From: an uncultured archaeon
GTDB taxonomy: Archaea > Aenigmatarchaeota > Aenigmatarchaeia > Aenigmatarchaeales > Aenigmatarchaeaceae
DNA: 64,000 nt
Direction: 5' to 3'
Assembly (NCBI GenBank): GCA_964608725.1
Contig: CAZSPB010000001.1
Coordinates: forward strand, 171,696-235,695
Shown here: in pieces, positions 44,703 through 54,802 of the stretch
How positions within the stretch are numbered: position 1 is the stretch's first letter
Layout: each line of letters opens with the position of its first letter
Notes under the pieces: model-generated
What the model saw: only the letters and a program-made list of their open reading frames with translations
Told to the model about the DNA's origin: nothing
Database searches by the model: none
Made by a program: the position numbers and the translations under genes

Positions 44703-45883
44703 TTTCTCCCTCTCAAAACTTCATTGTAAATATTCAAACATCTTTCTGTTTGCTTCTCCCAACTGAACTTTCTTATTTCTTTTACTCCATTTTCTCTTAA
44801 AGATTCTTTAAGAGCATTGTAATGGAGGACAGCAAGTATTTTATTAGCCATCTCATTAACATCCCAAAAATCGACTTTTAAACAATGATTCAAAAGCTCA
44901 CTAACTCCAGATTGTTTTGAAATTAGTACTGGAGTCCCATTTGCAAGAGCTTCTAAAGTTGTTATTCCGAATGGCTCACTTACTGATGGCATTACGTAAA
45001 GGTCTGCAACTTGATAAAGTTTATGAACATCTTCTTCACTTAAAAACCCTGTGAATATTATTTTGTCAGCTATTCCTAACTCAGCTGCTTTTTCTATCAT
45101 TGAAGGTAACATATCACCTGTTCCAGCCATTACTGGGATTATATCTGGCTTGTGCTCTAAGGCCTTTTTTATAGCGTAAAGAAAATAATCAGGCCCTTTT
45201 TGAAGAACCATTCTTCCGAGGAATAAAACAACGTTATCTCTTTTTCTAATTTTTATTTTTTTCTCATAATCTTCTAAATCTATAGCATTATGCAAAACTC
45301 TTATCTTTTTTTCATTTATCCCGTACTTTTCTATTATTTTATTTTTTGTAAAATTGCTAACAGTTATTATTAAATCAGCTTCTTCCATTCCTTTCTTTTC
45401 AATCTCATAAATTTTTTGATTAATATAATTTCCTCCTGTCCTATCAAATTCAGTAGAATGTACATGAACAATTAATGGCTTACCTGATATTTTTTTTGCT
45501 TCAATACCAGCTTCAAATGTCATCCAATCGTGAGCATGAATTAAATCAAAATTTATTTTTTCTGTTTCTAAAATTTTTTTCACTTCTTCTTTGTATTTTT
45601 TCACTTCTTCAAAAATATTTCTTTTATATAAGTTAACTTCGGTATCTTCATCTTTTTTTGTTTCATAAGGCAATAAAAAAGAAGTTACATATTTTATTTC
45701 TAAATTCGAAATATTTGGATTTTTTATATTTTTTTTACTTCCTATCCCTCTTGGTAAAATTAAAATTATTTTATTTCCATATTTTGTTAAATATTTTGTT
45801 AAGTAGTAGCAAACAACCCCTAATCCACCAACATTAAAAGGAGGAAATTCCCACCCGAGCATTAAAATGTTTAATTTTACCAC
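44696..45883 (-). CDS. glgA: Glycogen synthase-like glycosyltransferase (GT4/GT5)
   Basis: MVKLNILMLGWEFPPFNVGGLGVV is the archaeal glycogen synthase N-terminus (KVLM.GWE.PP..VGGL). Confidence 0.7.
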   Translation of the reverse strand: MVKLNILMLGWEFPPFNVGGLGVVCYYLTKYLTKYGNKIILILPRGIGSKKNIKNPNISNLEIKYVTSFLLPYETKKDEDTEVNLYKRNIFEEVKKYKEEVKKILETEKINFDLIHAHDWMTFEAGIEAKKISGKPLIVHVHSTEFDRTGGNYINQKIYEIEKKGMEEADLIITVSNFTKNKIIEKYGINEKKIRVLHNAIDLEDYEKKIKIRKRDNVVLFLGRMVLQKGPDYFLYAIKKALEHKPDIIPVMAGTGDMLPSMIEKAAELGIADKIIFTGFLSEEDVHKLYQVADLYVMPSVSEPFGITTLEALANGTPVLISKQSGVSELLNHCLKVDFWDVNEMANKILAVLHYNALKESLRENGVKEIRKFSWEKQTERCLNIYNEVLRGRKW

Positions 45884-45931
45884 CTATTTTATTATGGCAT
45901 GCTTAAATATAAATTTTAACGTATAAAAAAT

Positions 45932-47095
45932 ATGAAAAATGTTTTTGAAGATGCTAAGGAAATATTGAAAAAAAATAAAATAAAAATTGGGTTAAAAGCA
46001 GGTGATTATTATCCTGATCTTTGGGCTAGGGATGCATTAATTTCTTCTTTAGGAATGTTTTTTTCTGAAGATGAAGAATTAAAAAATATTGCAAAAAAAT
46101 CAATAGAAAATATTGTAAAATTTCAAAAAATGAATGGCCAACTTCCAAATAAAATTTCGTCAAAATATGAAGTATGCTTCGGCGAAGGTGGTTGTGTTGA
46201 CTCTTCTTTATGGTATCCTATTGCTTTGTTAAATTATTTTAGAGCAACTGATGACAAAAATTTTCTTTCTGAACATATAAAAAAAATTGAGAAATCTATT
46301 TCTTGGCTTTTTTGTTTGGATGTAAATAATGATTTTTTAATAGAAACTAATGAAGGTTCGGATTGGATGGATTTGTTATTGAGATCAGGAAGAGTTTTGT
46401 ATGACAATGTTTTATTTTATGCTTCTCTTAAAGCTTGCGATAAAATTAGAAGTGTTTTGGGATTAAATGAAAAATATGAAAAAATAGCTGAAAAAGTTAA
46501 AAATAATATAAATTTATTTTTCTGGCCAGAAGAAAAAAATTTAGAAAAAGTTAGGAAAAAATTTGGTTTTACTGGCATAGAAAAAGATTTTGAAATTGCC
46601 TTAAGAGATGGAGAAAAAGATTATTATTTTGCTGAAATTGGTTTTAGAAGGTACGATCCTAGGTGTGATGTGTATGCAAATTTATTAGCTCTAATTTTTG
46701 AAATTCCTGATGAAGAAAAAAAGAAAAAAATTTTGGAACATTTTAAAAGAATTAGGGTAGAAGATCCTTATCCTGTAAAAGTTTTATTTCCGCCTATTTA
46801 TGAAAATGACTTCTTTAGGCCATTTTACTTTAGAGAAACAGAATTACCATATTTACAAAGACCTGGAAATTATCATAATGGTGGAATATGGCCATTTGTT
46901 GGAGGTTTTTACGTTTGTTTTAATAAAAGCAAAAAAACTTTGAAAAAACTAGCAGAGTTAAATAAGTTTTCGAACTTTTGTGAATGGATAAGTTTAGATT
47001 GCAAAACTATGGGTTCAAAAAATCAATCTTGGTCTGCAGCCATGTTCATTCTTGCTTACCAAGTAATTAAAGGGAAAGCATCCATAGAAATTTAA
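45932..47095 (+). CDS. Six-hairpin glycoside hydrolase (GH15/GDE-C-like)
   Basis: 387 aa. GDYYPDLWARDALISSLG and DWMDLL resemble glucoamylase/amylo-1,6-glucosidase catalytic-domain segments. Confidence 0.45.
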   Translation: MKNVFEDAKEILKKNKIKIGLKAGDYYPDLWARDALISSLGMFFSEDEELKNIAKKSIENIVKFQKMNGQLPNKISSKYEVCFGEGGCVDSSLWYPIALLNYFRATDDKNFLSEHIKKIEKSISWLFCLDVNNDFLIETNEGSDWMDLLLRSGRVLYDNVLFYASLKACDKIRSVLGLNEKYEKIAEKVKNNINLFFWPEEKNLEKVRKKFGFTGIEKDFEIALRDGEKDYYFAEIGFRRYDPRCDVYANLLALIFEIPDEEKKKKILEHFKRIRVEDPYPVKVLFPPIYENDFFRPFYFRETELPYLQRPGNYHNGGIWPFVGGFYVCFNKSKKTLKKLAELNKFSNFCEWISLDCKTMGSKNQSWSAAMFILAYQVIKGKASIEI

Positions 47096-47111
47096 GTCAG
47101 TTATTAGAATA

Positions 47112-48359
47112 ATGAGTATTATGAGAATAGCTTATTTTGTGTGGGAATATCCTCCTAGACTTGTTGGTGGTTTGGGTACTTACGCTACTGATATGACAAG
47201 AAAGTTGAAAGAAATGGGAAATGAGATTTCTGTTTTTACTTTAAACACAAATAATTTGCCCACTAGTGAAACATTAGAAGGGATAGAAGTTCATAGACCA
47301 AAAATAGTTGATGCTACTCATGTTCTCACAACATTTATAAGTGAAGAGTTAAAGAGATGGGGAACTGGATTAAAGTTTTTTAATGATATTTTCGTTTACA
47401 ATTTACTTTCTGCTAGCAAGTTCATTAATCAAATCTCATTAAAGAATAAATTTGATTTAGTTGTTGTTCATGATTGGCTTTCTGCTATAGCAGGCTTGAT
47501 AATTAAAAAAAGTTTAGATTTACCTGTTGTTTTTCACGTTCATTCAACAGAAGAACAAAGAACTGGAAATGGTTCATCTATAATAAAGGAACTTGAGAAA
47601 AAAATGGCAGAACAAGCTGATATGATAATAACTGTTTCTTACTCTATGAGAGATCATTTACTTTCTTTAGGATATCCAAAAGAGAAAATAGATGTTGTTT
47701 GGAATGGCTGTGATCCAGATTTATACAATCCTGAAAAAGTTGACCAAAATATTCTTAATTCATTGAAAGAAAGGTATGAAGTAAAAGAAGGTGAAAAAAT
47801 TATTCTTTTCATAGGAAGGCTAACGTGGATAAAAGGTGTTGAAAATTTAGTGTTAGCATTTCCTGAAGTTTTAAAAGAGTTTCCAAACTCAAAGCTTATA
47901 ATCCTTGGTAAAGGTGAAGAGTATAATGATCTTATAGAATTATGTGAAAGGCTAAAGATAAAAGATAAAGTTAAAATAAGGTCAGAATTTGTTTCTGTAA
48001 AAGAAAGGATAGCTCATTACGCTTTAGCTGATGTTTGTGTTTTTCCGTCGTTTGCAGAGCCTTTTGGAATAGTTAGCTTAGAAGCAATGTCAATGGAAAA
48101 ACCTGTTGTAGTAGGTTCAACTGGCATAAGTGGTTTTAAAGAACAAGTGATACATGGTGGTGAAAATGAATGTGGAGTTCATGTTGATGGTAAGAATTCT
48201 CAAAGTATTGCATCTGGTATAAAAGAAGTGCTAAAAGATCCTGAAAGAGCAAGAAGGATGGGTAAAAATGGGAGGAAAAGGGTTATAGAATATTTCAGTA
48301 TAGATAAAGTTGCAAAAACTACTTTAGATTTATACAAAAAATTAGTAGAGAAAACTTAA
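47112..48359 (+). CDS. Glycosyltransferase, glycogen synthase-like (second copy)
   Basis: MRIAYFVWEYPPRLVGGLGTY N-terminus, GT-B fold, C-terminal EX7E region. Confidence 0.65.
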   Translation: MSIMRIAYFVWEYPPRLVGGLGTYATDMTRKLKEMGNEISVFTLNTNNLPTSETLEGIEVHRPKIVDATHVLTTFISEELKRWGTGLKFFNDIFVYNLLSASKFINQISLKNKFDLVVVHDWLSAIAGLIIKKSLDLPVVFHVHSTEEQRTGNGSSIIKELEKKMAEQADMIITVSYSMRDHLLSLGYPKEKIDVVWNGCDPDLYNPEKVDQNILNSLKERYEVKEGEKIILFIGRLTWIKGVENLVLAFPEVLKEFPNSKLIILGKGEEYNDLIELCERLKIKDKVKIRSEFVSVKERIAHYALADVCVFPSFAEPFGIVSLEAMSMEKPVVVGSTGISGFKEQVIHGGENECGVHVDGKNSQSIASGIKEVLKDPERARRMGKNGRKRVIEYFSIDKVAKTTLDLYKKLVEKT

Positions 48360-48361
48360 CC

Positions 48362-49495
48362 ATGCTTTACGAAAAATTTAAAGTTAAAATACCTAACGTA
48401 AGAGTTGCAACTGGTCTTTATTCTCATTGGGATTCTTTTATTAAAGTTAACACTACGTTAAAAAATTTGATAACAAATTCTAGAAAAATAAAACCAAGAG
48501 ATGTGGTGTTAAAAACAAAGGAAGAAGTATTTTATGTTTTGGATAAAAAGGAAGGAGAATCTTTAATATCTAAAAAAATTTTTGATTGGTTGAATAGAAA
48601 GTTCAAAAATAGAGAAAGAAAACTAGGAGGAAATGGAAATAATATGGGAAGAACTTTGTTTAAATTAGGCTTAAGACCTCTCGTCTCTTATCCTTCTAGG
48701 CCAGAAAAATTAATGAAAGCATCTCCAAATTTCTATGTTGCTCTTGAAAAGAAGCTTAAAAATCCAAAAGATACTATAAGAATGAAAGATAAAGAGATAG
48801 AACATATAGTTTTCGAATTTGAGAAAAATAGGTATATACTTTCTTGGGATCCTATCTCTTCAAAAGGGATTTTTGATTACGATTGGCTAGAGTTAGCATC
48901 TTCTAGAAAATTTGTTGATATTGTTTTAATTTCTTATGCTCATCTCCTTTTACCAAAATACAAAAAGAGAACAGATGAAATAATAGAATACTTTGATAAT
49001 CCAAAAAGACCAAAAATTCATTTAGAATTCGGTCTTGGTTGTAAAGAGTCTATGCTATATGCTATCAAAAAATTTTCAGATTGTAATTGTTGTGACTCTT
49101 GGGGTTTGAATGAAACAGAATGTATAGAATACTTTGGAGCGAAGTCCAAAAATTTAAAAGACCTTATTGAAGCTAGCTTAAAAGTTTTAGAAGATTATGA
49201 AATAAGTAGGGTATGCGTTCATTGTTTAGAGTTTGTATTTTCAATTTCTAGGTTTGATATAAAAAAAGAGATTGAAGCATTAAAGGCAGCATGCTTAATT
49301 TCTTCAGCTTACACTTTTAAAAAATTTAATCTCAAGAAAGCAAGAAAACTAGAAGTTAAATTAAAACCAAAAAAGAAGAAACTTGGGAAGTATAACTTTT
49401 GTTTAATACCAGTTCCTGTAAATCCAGAACCGAAGTTATTAACTGGGATTGGAGATATATTTTCTTCTGTTCAAGCAGTTAAAGTATTAAGTTAA
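48362..49495 (+). CDS. ADP-dependent sugar kinase family protein (ADP-GK/PFK-like)
   Basis: GGNGNNMGRTL (resembles GGQAGIMAN), GLNETE (the NEXE motif), and C-terminal TGIGDIFSS (resembles TVGIGDTISS). Short at 377 aa. Confidence 0.5.
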   Translation: MLYEKFKVKIPNVRVATGLYSHWDSFIKVNTTLKNLITNSRKIKPRDVVLKTKEEVFYVLDKKEGESLISKKIFDWLNRKFKNRERKLGGNGNNMGRTLFKLGLRPLVSYPSRPEKLMKASPNFYVALEKKLKNPKDTIRMKDKEIEHIVFEFEKNRYILSWDPISSKGIFDYDWLELASSRKFVDIVLISYAHLLLPKYKKRTDEIIEYFDNPKRPKIHLEFGLGCKESMLYAIKKFSDCNCCDSWGLNETECIEYFGAKSKNLKDLIEASLKVLEDYEISRVCVHCLEFVFSISRFDIKKEIEALKAACLISSAYTFKKFNLKKARKLEVKLKPKKKKLGKYNFCLIPVPVNPEPKLLTGIGDIFSSVQAVKVLS

Positions 49496-49532
49496 TTTAT
49501 ATATCCTAACCTAAAATATTTTAAGTGATGTT

Positions 49533-51008
49533 ATGAGTATTTTTGATGAAATAAGATTTCTTTCAGACAAAGACTTAGTTTACAAAATGTTTATAGGCGG
49601 TTCTTGGGTTGAGTCATCTGATAAAAAAACTTTTGATGTTTTGAGTCCTATTGATGGTTCTTTAGTTGGTAAAGTACAGAAAGCAACAAAAAAAGACGCT
49701 GAAAATGCTGTTGAAGAAGCCTTTAAAGCAAAAGAAAAAATATCTAACATGGCTGCTATTGATAGGTCTGAAATACTTAGAAAAGCAAGTAAAATCTTAG
49801 AAAAAAACAAGGATGAAGTTATAAAAACTATAGTTTTAGAAGCTGGAAAACCAGTAAAGTTAGCTGAAGGTGAAGTCAACGCATCAATACTAAGGTTAGA
49901 GTATGCTTCTGAAGAAATCAAGATGATGAGAGGAGAATTTTTGAAAGGAGATGTGGTTCCAAAGCATAAGAAAAGATTAGGAATAATAATGAGAAAACCC
50001 CTAGGAGTTATTCTTGCTATAACGCCATTTAATTATCCTTTATACACAGCTGTGGCAAAAATTGCGCCTGCTATTGCTGCTGGCAATTCTATTGTATTAA
50101 AACCAGCAAGTGATGACCCAATTTGTTTGCTTCTATTCGGAAAAATATTAGAAGAAGCAGGTATTCCAAAAGGAGTTATAAACATAATTACTGGTGGTGG
50201 TTCTGAAATAGGTGATTATTTAATATCTCATGAAAAAGTAGACATGGTTTCTTTTACAGGAAGTAGTGCAGTAGGTAAACATATTGCAAGCATAGCAGGT
50301 ATGAAAAAATTACAACTTGAGCTAGGAGGAAAGTGTCCAGCTATCGTTCTTGAAGATTGTGATATAGATTTGGCTGTAAAAGAATGTGTTAAAGGTTCTC
50401 TAGAATTTTCAGGACAAAGGTGTGATGCTGTAAGTAGAATTCTCGTTGTAGATTCTATTGCTGATGAATTCATTAAAAAAGTTTTGGATGAAGTTAAAAA
50501 ATGGAAATTAGGTGATCCTAGAGAACCTTCAACTTCATTAGGACCTTTAATAAATGAAAGAGCTGTAGAGAAAGTTGAAAGTTTAGTCAAAGATGCTTTA
50601 GATAAAGGGGCTAAGTTGTTAAGAGGAGGTAAAAGAAAAGATTTGTATTATGAACCAACAGTCTTGGATAATGTTACTACGGAAATGAGAATTGCATGGG
50701 AAGAAACTTTTGGTCCTGTGATAACTATAATTAGAGTTAATAGTTATGAAGATGCTATTAAGATTGCGAATCAATCAGAATATGGATTAGATTCCTGTAT
50801 ATTCACAAAGAATATAGATTTAGCTATGGATGCAGCACAAAAGTTAGAAAGTGGTGCGGTTCATATAAATGCTCACCCAACTCATGGTCTAGGAGAGTTT
50901 CCATTTGGTGGTGTTAAAAGCTCAGGATTGGGAAGAGAAGGAATAAAATATAGCATAGAAAATATGACAAGAATTCATACTATAGTTTTTCATCCAAAAG
51001 AAGATTAA
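49533..51008 (+). CDS. Aldehyde dehydrogenase, probably non-phosphorylating glyceraldehyde-3-phosphate dehydrogenase (GAPN)
   Basis: 491 aa. ELGGKCP, FSGQRCDAVSRILV (catalytic Cys), GGKRKDLYYEPTVL. Confidence 0.7.
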   Translation: MSIFDEIRFLSDKDLVYKMFIGGSWVESSDKKTFDVLSPIDGSLVGKVQKATKKDAENAVEEAFKAKEKISNMAAIDRSEILRKASKILEKNKDEVIKTIVLEAGKPVKLAEGEVNASILRLEYASEEIKMMRGEFLKGDVVPKHKKRLGIIMRKPLGVILAITPFNYPLYTAVAKIAPAIAAGNSIVLKPASDDPICLLLFGKILEEAGIPKGVINIITGGGSEIGDYLISHEKVDMVSFTGSSAVGKHIASIAGMKKLQLELGGKCPAIVLEDCDIDLAVKECVKGSLEFSGQRCDAVSRILVVDSIADEFIKKVLDEVKKWKLGDPREPSTSLGPLINERAVEKVESLVKDALDKGAKLLRGGKRKDLYYEPTVLDNVTTEMRIAWEETFGPVITIIRVNSYEDAIKIANQSEYGLDSCIFTKNIDLAMDAAQKLESGAVHINAHPTHGLGEFPFGGVKSSGLGREGIKYSIENMTRIHTIVFHPKED

Positions 51009-52291
51009 AGTGTTTCATATAATTTCAAAGTTTTTCTTCCTACTTTTTCCCATGTATACTTTTTTGCAATCCTTATAGAGTTCTTTTCCATAATTTTTTT
51101 CAACGCTGGAGAATCTAAAATTCTTATTACATCCCTTACTAAATCTTCTGCTTCACCAGGCCTTGTAAGTAAACCATTGTAACCATTAAAAACTATTTCT
51201 GGTATACCACCACAGTCACTAGCTACTATTGCTTTACCGCAAGCCATGGCCTCCAAAATGGTTATTCCAAAAGATTCGTAAAGGGAAGGTTGTATGTAAA
51301 GATCTGCTATATTGTATAAATTACTCAAAACTTTCTGTGAGACAGGTTTTGTTATTAGTTTTATTCTATTTTTATATTTTGAAACCAACTCTTCAATCCT
51401 TTTTTTCAACTCATTATGAGTTTTTATTTCAAAATTTCCTGGAAGAACAAGAAGAAACGCTGTATCACTTCTTTTCTCAAGAATGAGAGGCATTGCTTCT
51501 ATGAGAGTTGATATTCCTTTTTCTTTGCTGAACCTACTTACTGTCATTATTACTTTTTGATTGTTTTTGAACCCATATTTTCTTTTGTCCAATTTTTTTG
51601 GTTTAAATATTGAAATATCAACACCATTTGGAATAATAGATATTTTTCTTGAGCTTATGTTATAAGTTCTCATTATTTCATACTTCAAGTTTTTTGAAAC
51701 CGAAATGAAATGATCAGCATGTTTTATCGTTCTTTCAATCCATTCATAGAGAGAAAAATACTTTTTTTCTTCTTCAGACATTAAGCTTTCTCTTCTTATT
51801 TCTACAGCATGAAAAGTATGAACCCATTTTACTCCTAAAAACTGTTTGGCCATGAAGGCACCGCTAGTTAACCAGCCATTTGTGTTAATAAAATCAAAGC
51901 CTCCTTTTTTATTTTCCTTTGAAATTTCACTTGGAATCTTATTTTCGAAAATGAAATAACTTGTTCTTCTTCGTAAAATAGGATCTTCTTCCCTTATTTT
52001 AGAAAATGTACTAATTTCATGAACAGTGAGACTTCCTTTTCCTAAATTACATTTTGAAGTTTTAGATTTTTTATTAGAAGATGTAAAAACGTGAACATTA
52101 CAACCAAGTTTAGCAAGCTCTTTAGAAACAAAATAAGTGTAAATTGCGACTCCAGAAGTGCATTTTCTCCTTCTGGGTGTTGGATAATAATAACTTATCA
52201 TTCCTATTTTTAGCGGTTTTTTTCCAAAAAATGTTGAAATGAAGTTTGATAACTCTGAACTAAATAAATTATGTATTCTTTCTTCTTTCAT
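51005..52291 (-). CDS. Glycosyltransferase family 4
   Basis: 428 aa. GT-B with EX7E-like ESFGITILEAMACGKAIV. Confidence 0.7.
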   Translation of the reverse strand: MKEERIHNLFSSELSNFISTFFGKKPLKIGMISYYYPTPRRRKCTSGVAIYTYFVSKELAKLGCNVHVFTSSNKKSKTSKCNLGKGSLTVHEISTFSKIREEDPILRRRTSYFIFENKIPSEISKENKKGGFDFINTNGWLTSGAFMAKQFLGVKWVHTFHAVEIRRESLMSEEEKKYFSLYEWIERTIKHADHFISVSKNLKYEIMRTYNISSRKISIIPNGVDISIFKPKKLDKRKYGFKNNQKVIMTVSRFSKEKGISTLIEAMPLILEKRSDTAFLLVLPGNFEIKTHNELKKRIEELVSKYKNRIKLITKPVSQKVLSNLYNIADLYIQPSLYESFGITILEAMACGKAIVASDCGGIPEIVFNGYNGLLTRPGEAEDLVRDVIRILDSPALKKIMEKNSIRIAKKYTWEKVGRKTLKLYETL

Positions 52292-52354
52292 GCTTTATAT
52301 ATTTAGTTTTGTTTTTAAATATCGGTTAATTTTTAAATTAGCAATATAATTTAT

Positions 52355-53677
52355 ATGGGCATCTTTAGGGCCTATGACATTCGTGGAATTTATGGGAAAG
52401 ATTTAACAGATGAAGTAATGTTTGACATTGGTAGAGCTCTTGGAACTTTTCTTAGGGGTAAAGAATCTGTTGCTATTGGTTTTGATTCAAGACCATCATC
52501 TCATAACTTATTCAAAGCTCTTTCAAAAGGTTTAATATCAACTGGTTGTAATGTTATTTCTTTAGGCCTTGTTCCAAATCCTTTTGTTTATTTTTACGCT
52601 TGGAAAAACAAAGTTTATGGTGCCATAATAACAGCAAGTCATAACCCAAAAGAGTGGAACGGATTGAAAATCGTAAAACCAAATGGTGTTAGTTTTATAA
52701 GAGAAATGAAAAAGTTGAAGAAAATATTTAAATCAAAAAAATTTGTTAGAGATAACGGTAAAGTTACAAAAGATAATGCAAAGAAGCTTTATGAAGAATT
52801 TTTACTTAGGAAATTTAATAATGTTAATAAAAAAATAGTTGCCGAATTTTTTGGGAGTGTAAGTTCTATCTCTTTATCCACTCTTAAAAAAGTAGGGCTG
52901 AAAGTCATTTCTCTTCATGGTAGAGTAGATAAAAATTTCTTTGGCTTTAAAAGACCTGAACCTAAAGGAAAAAATTTAGTTTTTTTAAGAAAGAAAGTTA
53001 AAAAAACAAAAGCTGATTTTGGTGTAGCATTTGATGGTGATGGGGATAGATCCGTTTTTGTTGATGATAGGGGGAGAGAACTCAATGGAAGTATATTAAA
53101 TGCAATTTTTATTGATTATATTTTAAGAAAGAAAAAAGGCAAAGTGATAATAACAGCAGATTGTGCTAGTGAGATCGAAAATATTGTAAAAAAATTAAAA
53201 GGGAAAATTATTTGGTGGAGAGTAGGCCATGGATTTATAGAAGAGAAATGTTTAAAAGAAAAAGCATTATTTGCAGGAGAACAAAGTTCTCATTTTTATT
53301 TTAATGAATTTTATCCTTTTTCTGATGGGATAATTGCAACAGTTTATTTAGGAAAAATACTTTCTGAAAAAAATAGAAAATTATCTGATTTAGTTGATGA
53401 AATTAATCTGAGGCCTATAGAAAAGTTGTATATTAATGTTAGAACTGATGAGAATAAAATGAAAATTTTAGAAGTAGTGAAGAAAAAGTATCCTAAGGCT
53501 CTTGATATCATGGATGGAATAAGAATTAAATTAAACAAAGAAGAATGGGTTTTGATAAGAGCTAGTCAAACTATGCCAGAGATAAATTTATGTGTTGAAG
53601 CAAAAAATAAAAAAAGGTTAAGAGAAATTGTTAAAAAATATACAAAATTTATTAAAAATATTCTTTCGCAATATTAG
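52355..53677 (+). CDS. Phosphoglucomutase/phosphomannomutase
   Basis: MGIFRAYDIRGIYGKDLT, active-site TASHNPKEWNGLK, Mg loop FDGDGDRSVFVD. Confidence 0.8.
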   Translation: MGIFRAYDIRGIYGKDLTDEVMFDIGRALGTFLRGKESVAIGFDSRPSSHNLFKALSKGLISTGCNVISLGLVPNPFVYFYAWKNKVYGAIITASHNPKEWNGLKIVKPNGVSFIREMKKLKKIFKSKKFVRDNGKVTKDNAKKLYEEFLLRKFNNVNKKIVAEFFGSVSSISLSTLKKVGLKVISLHGRVDKNFFGFKRPEPKGKNLVFLRKKVKKTKADFGVAFDGDGDRSVFVDDRGRELNGSILNAIFIDYILRKKKGKVIITADCASEIENIVKKLKGKIIWWRVGHGFIEEKCLKEKALFAGEQSSHFYFNEFYPFSDGIIATVYLGKILSEKNRKLSDLVDEINLRPIEKLYINVRTDENKMKILEVVKKKYPKALDIMDGIRIKLNKEEWVLIRASQTMPEINLCVEAKNKKRLREIVKKYTKFIKNILSQY

Positions 53678-54683
53678 CAAGTTTTCTAGGTTCTATGTGG
53701 GGAACTGTCTCACCTGAAAATTCAAGATAACCTTCCCAAGATTTTAAACCTTCAGAAATTGGTGATCTTGAAAATATTCTAAATTGATTGCAAAAGTCAT
53801 CTTTTGGTGATGCACTCAAATTTACAACATTAAATTGACTACTTACATTATCCATCAAAATTCTTACTCCTTTTTGTAAAAATTTTGCAACACTTTTTAT
53901 TTCAGCATTTCTTAAACTTTTAAAAGAAGAATTTTCTAAAGTCATTATTACTAATTCCGCTTTTCCGAAAACAGGTGACCATTCAACATAAAAAACAACT
54001 TTAGAATTTAAATCGAAATTTATCACTAAACCTTCTTCAAGCATTGATTTAACCCAAGATTTCCACCATTCTCTACTGCTTTTTCTCAATTTTTTCGTTA
54101 ATTTCATTGAAAGTAAAGTTTTTGATAAAGGTTCATCTTCACAATGAAATTGGCCATGAAAATGCTCTATAGATGCTCCACTTTTTGGGCCACAATTTAT
54201 GTGTGTAGAAACATAATCTTTTCCAGATTCTCTCCCTATTTTTTGGACAAGTTTTAATCCATCAACCCAATTTTTTAACTTCAAATTTCTAGGGTCAGTT
54301 ATATGCTTTTTGTAATTGTAAACTACTATCCCATGTATTTTTCCTGTTGTAAACAAATTCGAAAATGCTGCAGAATCATTTAAAAAGTATTGCTTTTTTA
54401 GTTTGCTATTTTCAGAAAATTTAGCACATCTCTTTCTTGGATTGCACAAAAAACATTCTTTCCTAGACAATTTTTCTATATGGTTTGTCACAATTTCTTT
54501 TTTTCTTAACTCTCTTTCAGGAATTATTCTTGCTTTAGAAGAAAAAGCTGGATTCTTTCTTATTTTTATTTTGTATATTTTAGTGTTATTGTACGAATCT
54601 ATAACACTAGATTTGACAATTTTTTCTAATTTTTTTAAATTTACTTCAGAAGTTTTCTTTAGATAAGCTCTTAATTTTAGCAT
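53652..54683 (-). CDS. GalT-family nucleotidyltransferase (galactose-1-P uridylyltransferase / ADP-glucose phosphorylase-like)
   Basis: The track ORF extends to 54806 across the tRNA; the likely start is the Met at 54683. CFLCNPRKRC...H zinc site and HFHGQFH (the HxHxQ HIT-like motif of GalT). Confidence 0.5.
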   Translation of the reverse strand: MLKLRAYLKKTSEVNLKKLEKIVKSSVIDSYNNTKIYKIKIRKNPAFSSKARIIPERELRKKEIVTNHIEKLSRKECFLCNPRKRCAKFSENSKLKKQYFLNDSAAFSNLFTTGKIHGIVVYNYKKHITDPRNLKLKNWVDGLKLVQKIGRESGKDYVSTHINCGPKSGASIEHFHGQFHCEDEPLSKTLLSMKLTKKLRKSSREWWKSWVKSMLEEGLVINFDLNSKVVFYVEWSPVFGKAELVIMTLENSSFKSLRNAEIKSVAKFLQKGVRILMDNVSSQFNVVNLSASPKDDFCNQFRIFSRSPISEGLKSWEGYLEFSGETVPHIEPRKLANIAKEYF

Positions 54684-54728
54684 GTTTTTCCTTAATTTAA
54701 ATAGAATTGGAAAATATAAAATTATTGA

Positions 54729-54802
54729 GCCCCCATAGTTTAACTTGGATAGAACACGACCCTGCGGAGGTCGTGATCTGGGTTCGAATCCCAGTGGGGG
54801 CA
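54729..54802 (+). tRNA. tRNA-Arg (anticodon GCG)
   Basis: GCCCCCA...TGGGGGC 7-bp acceptor stem, GGTTCGAATCC T-arm, anticodon loop CTGCGGA. No encoded CCA. Confidence 0.85.
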
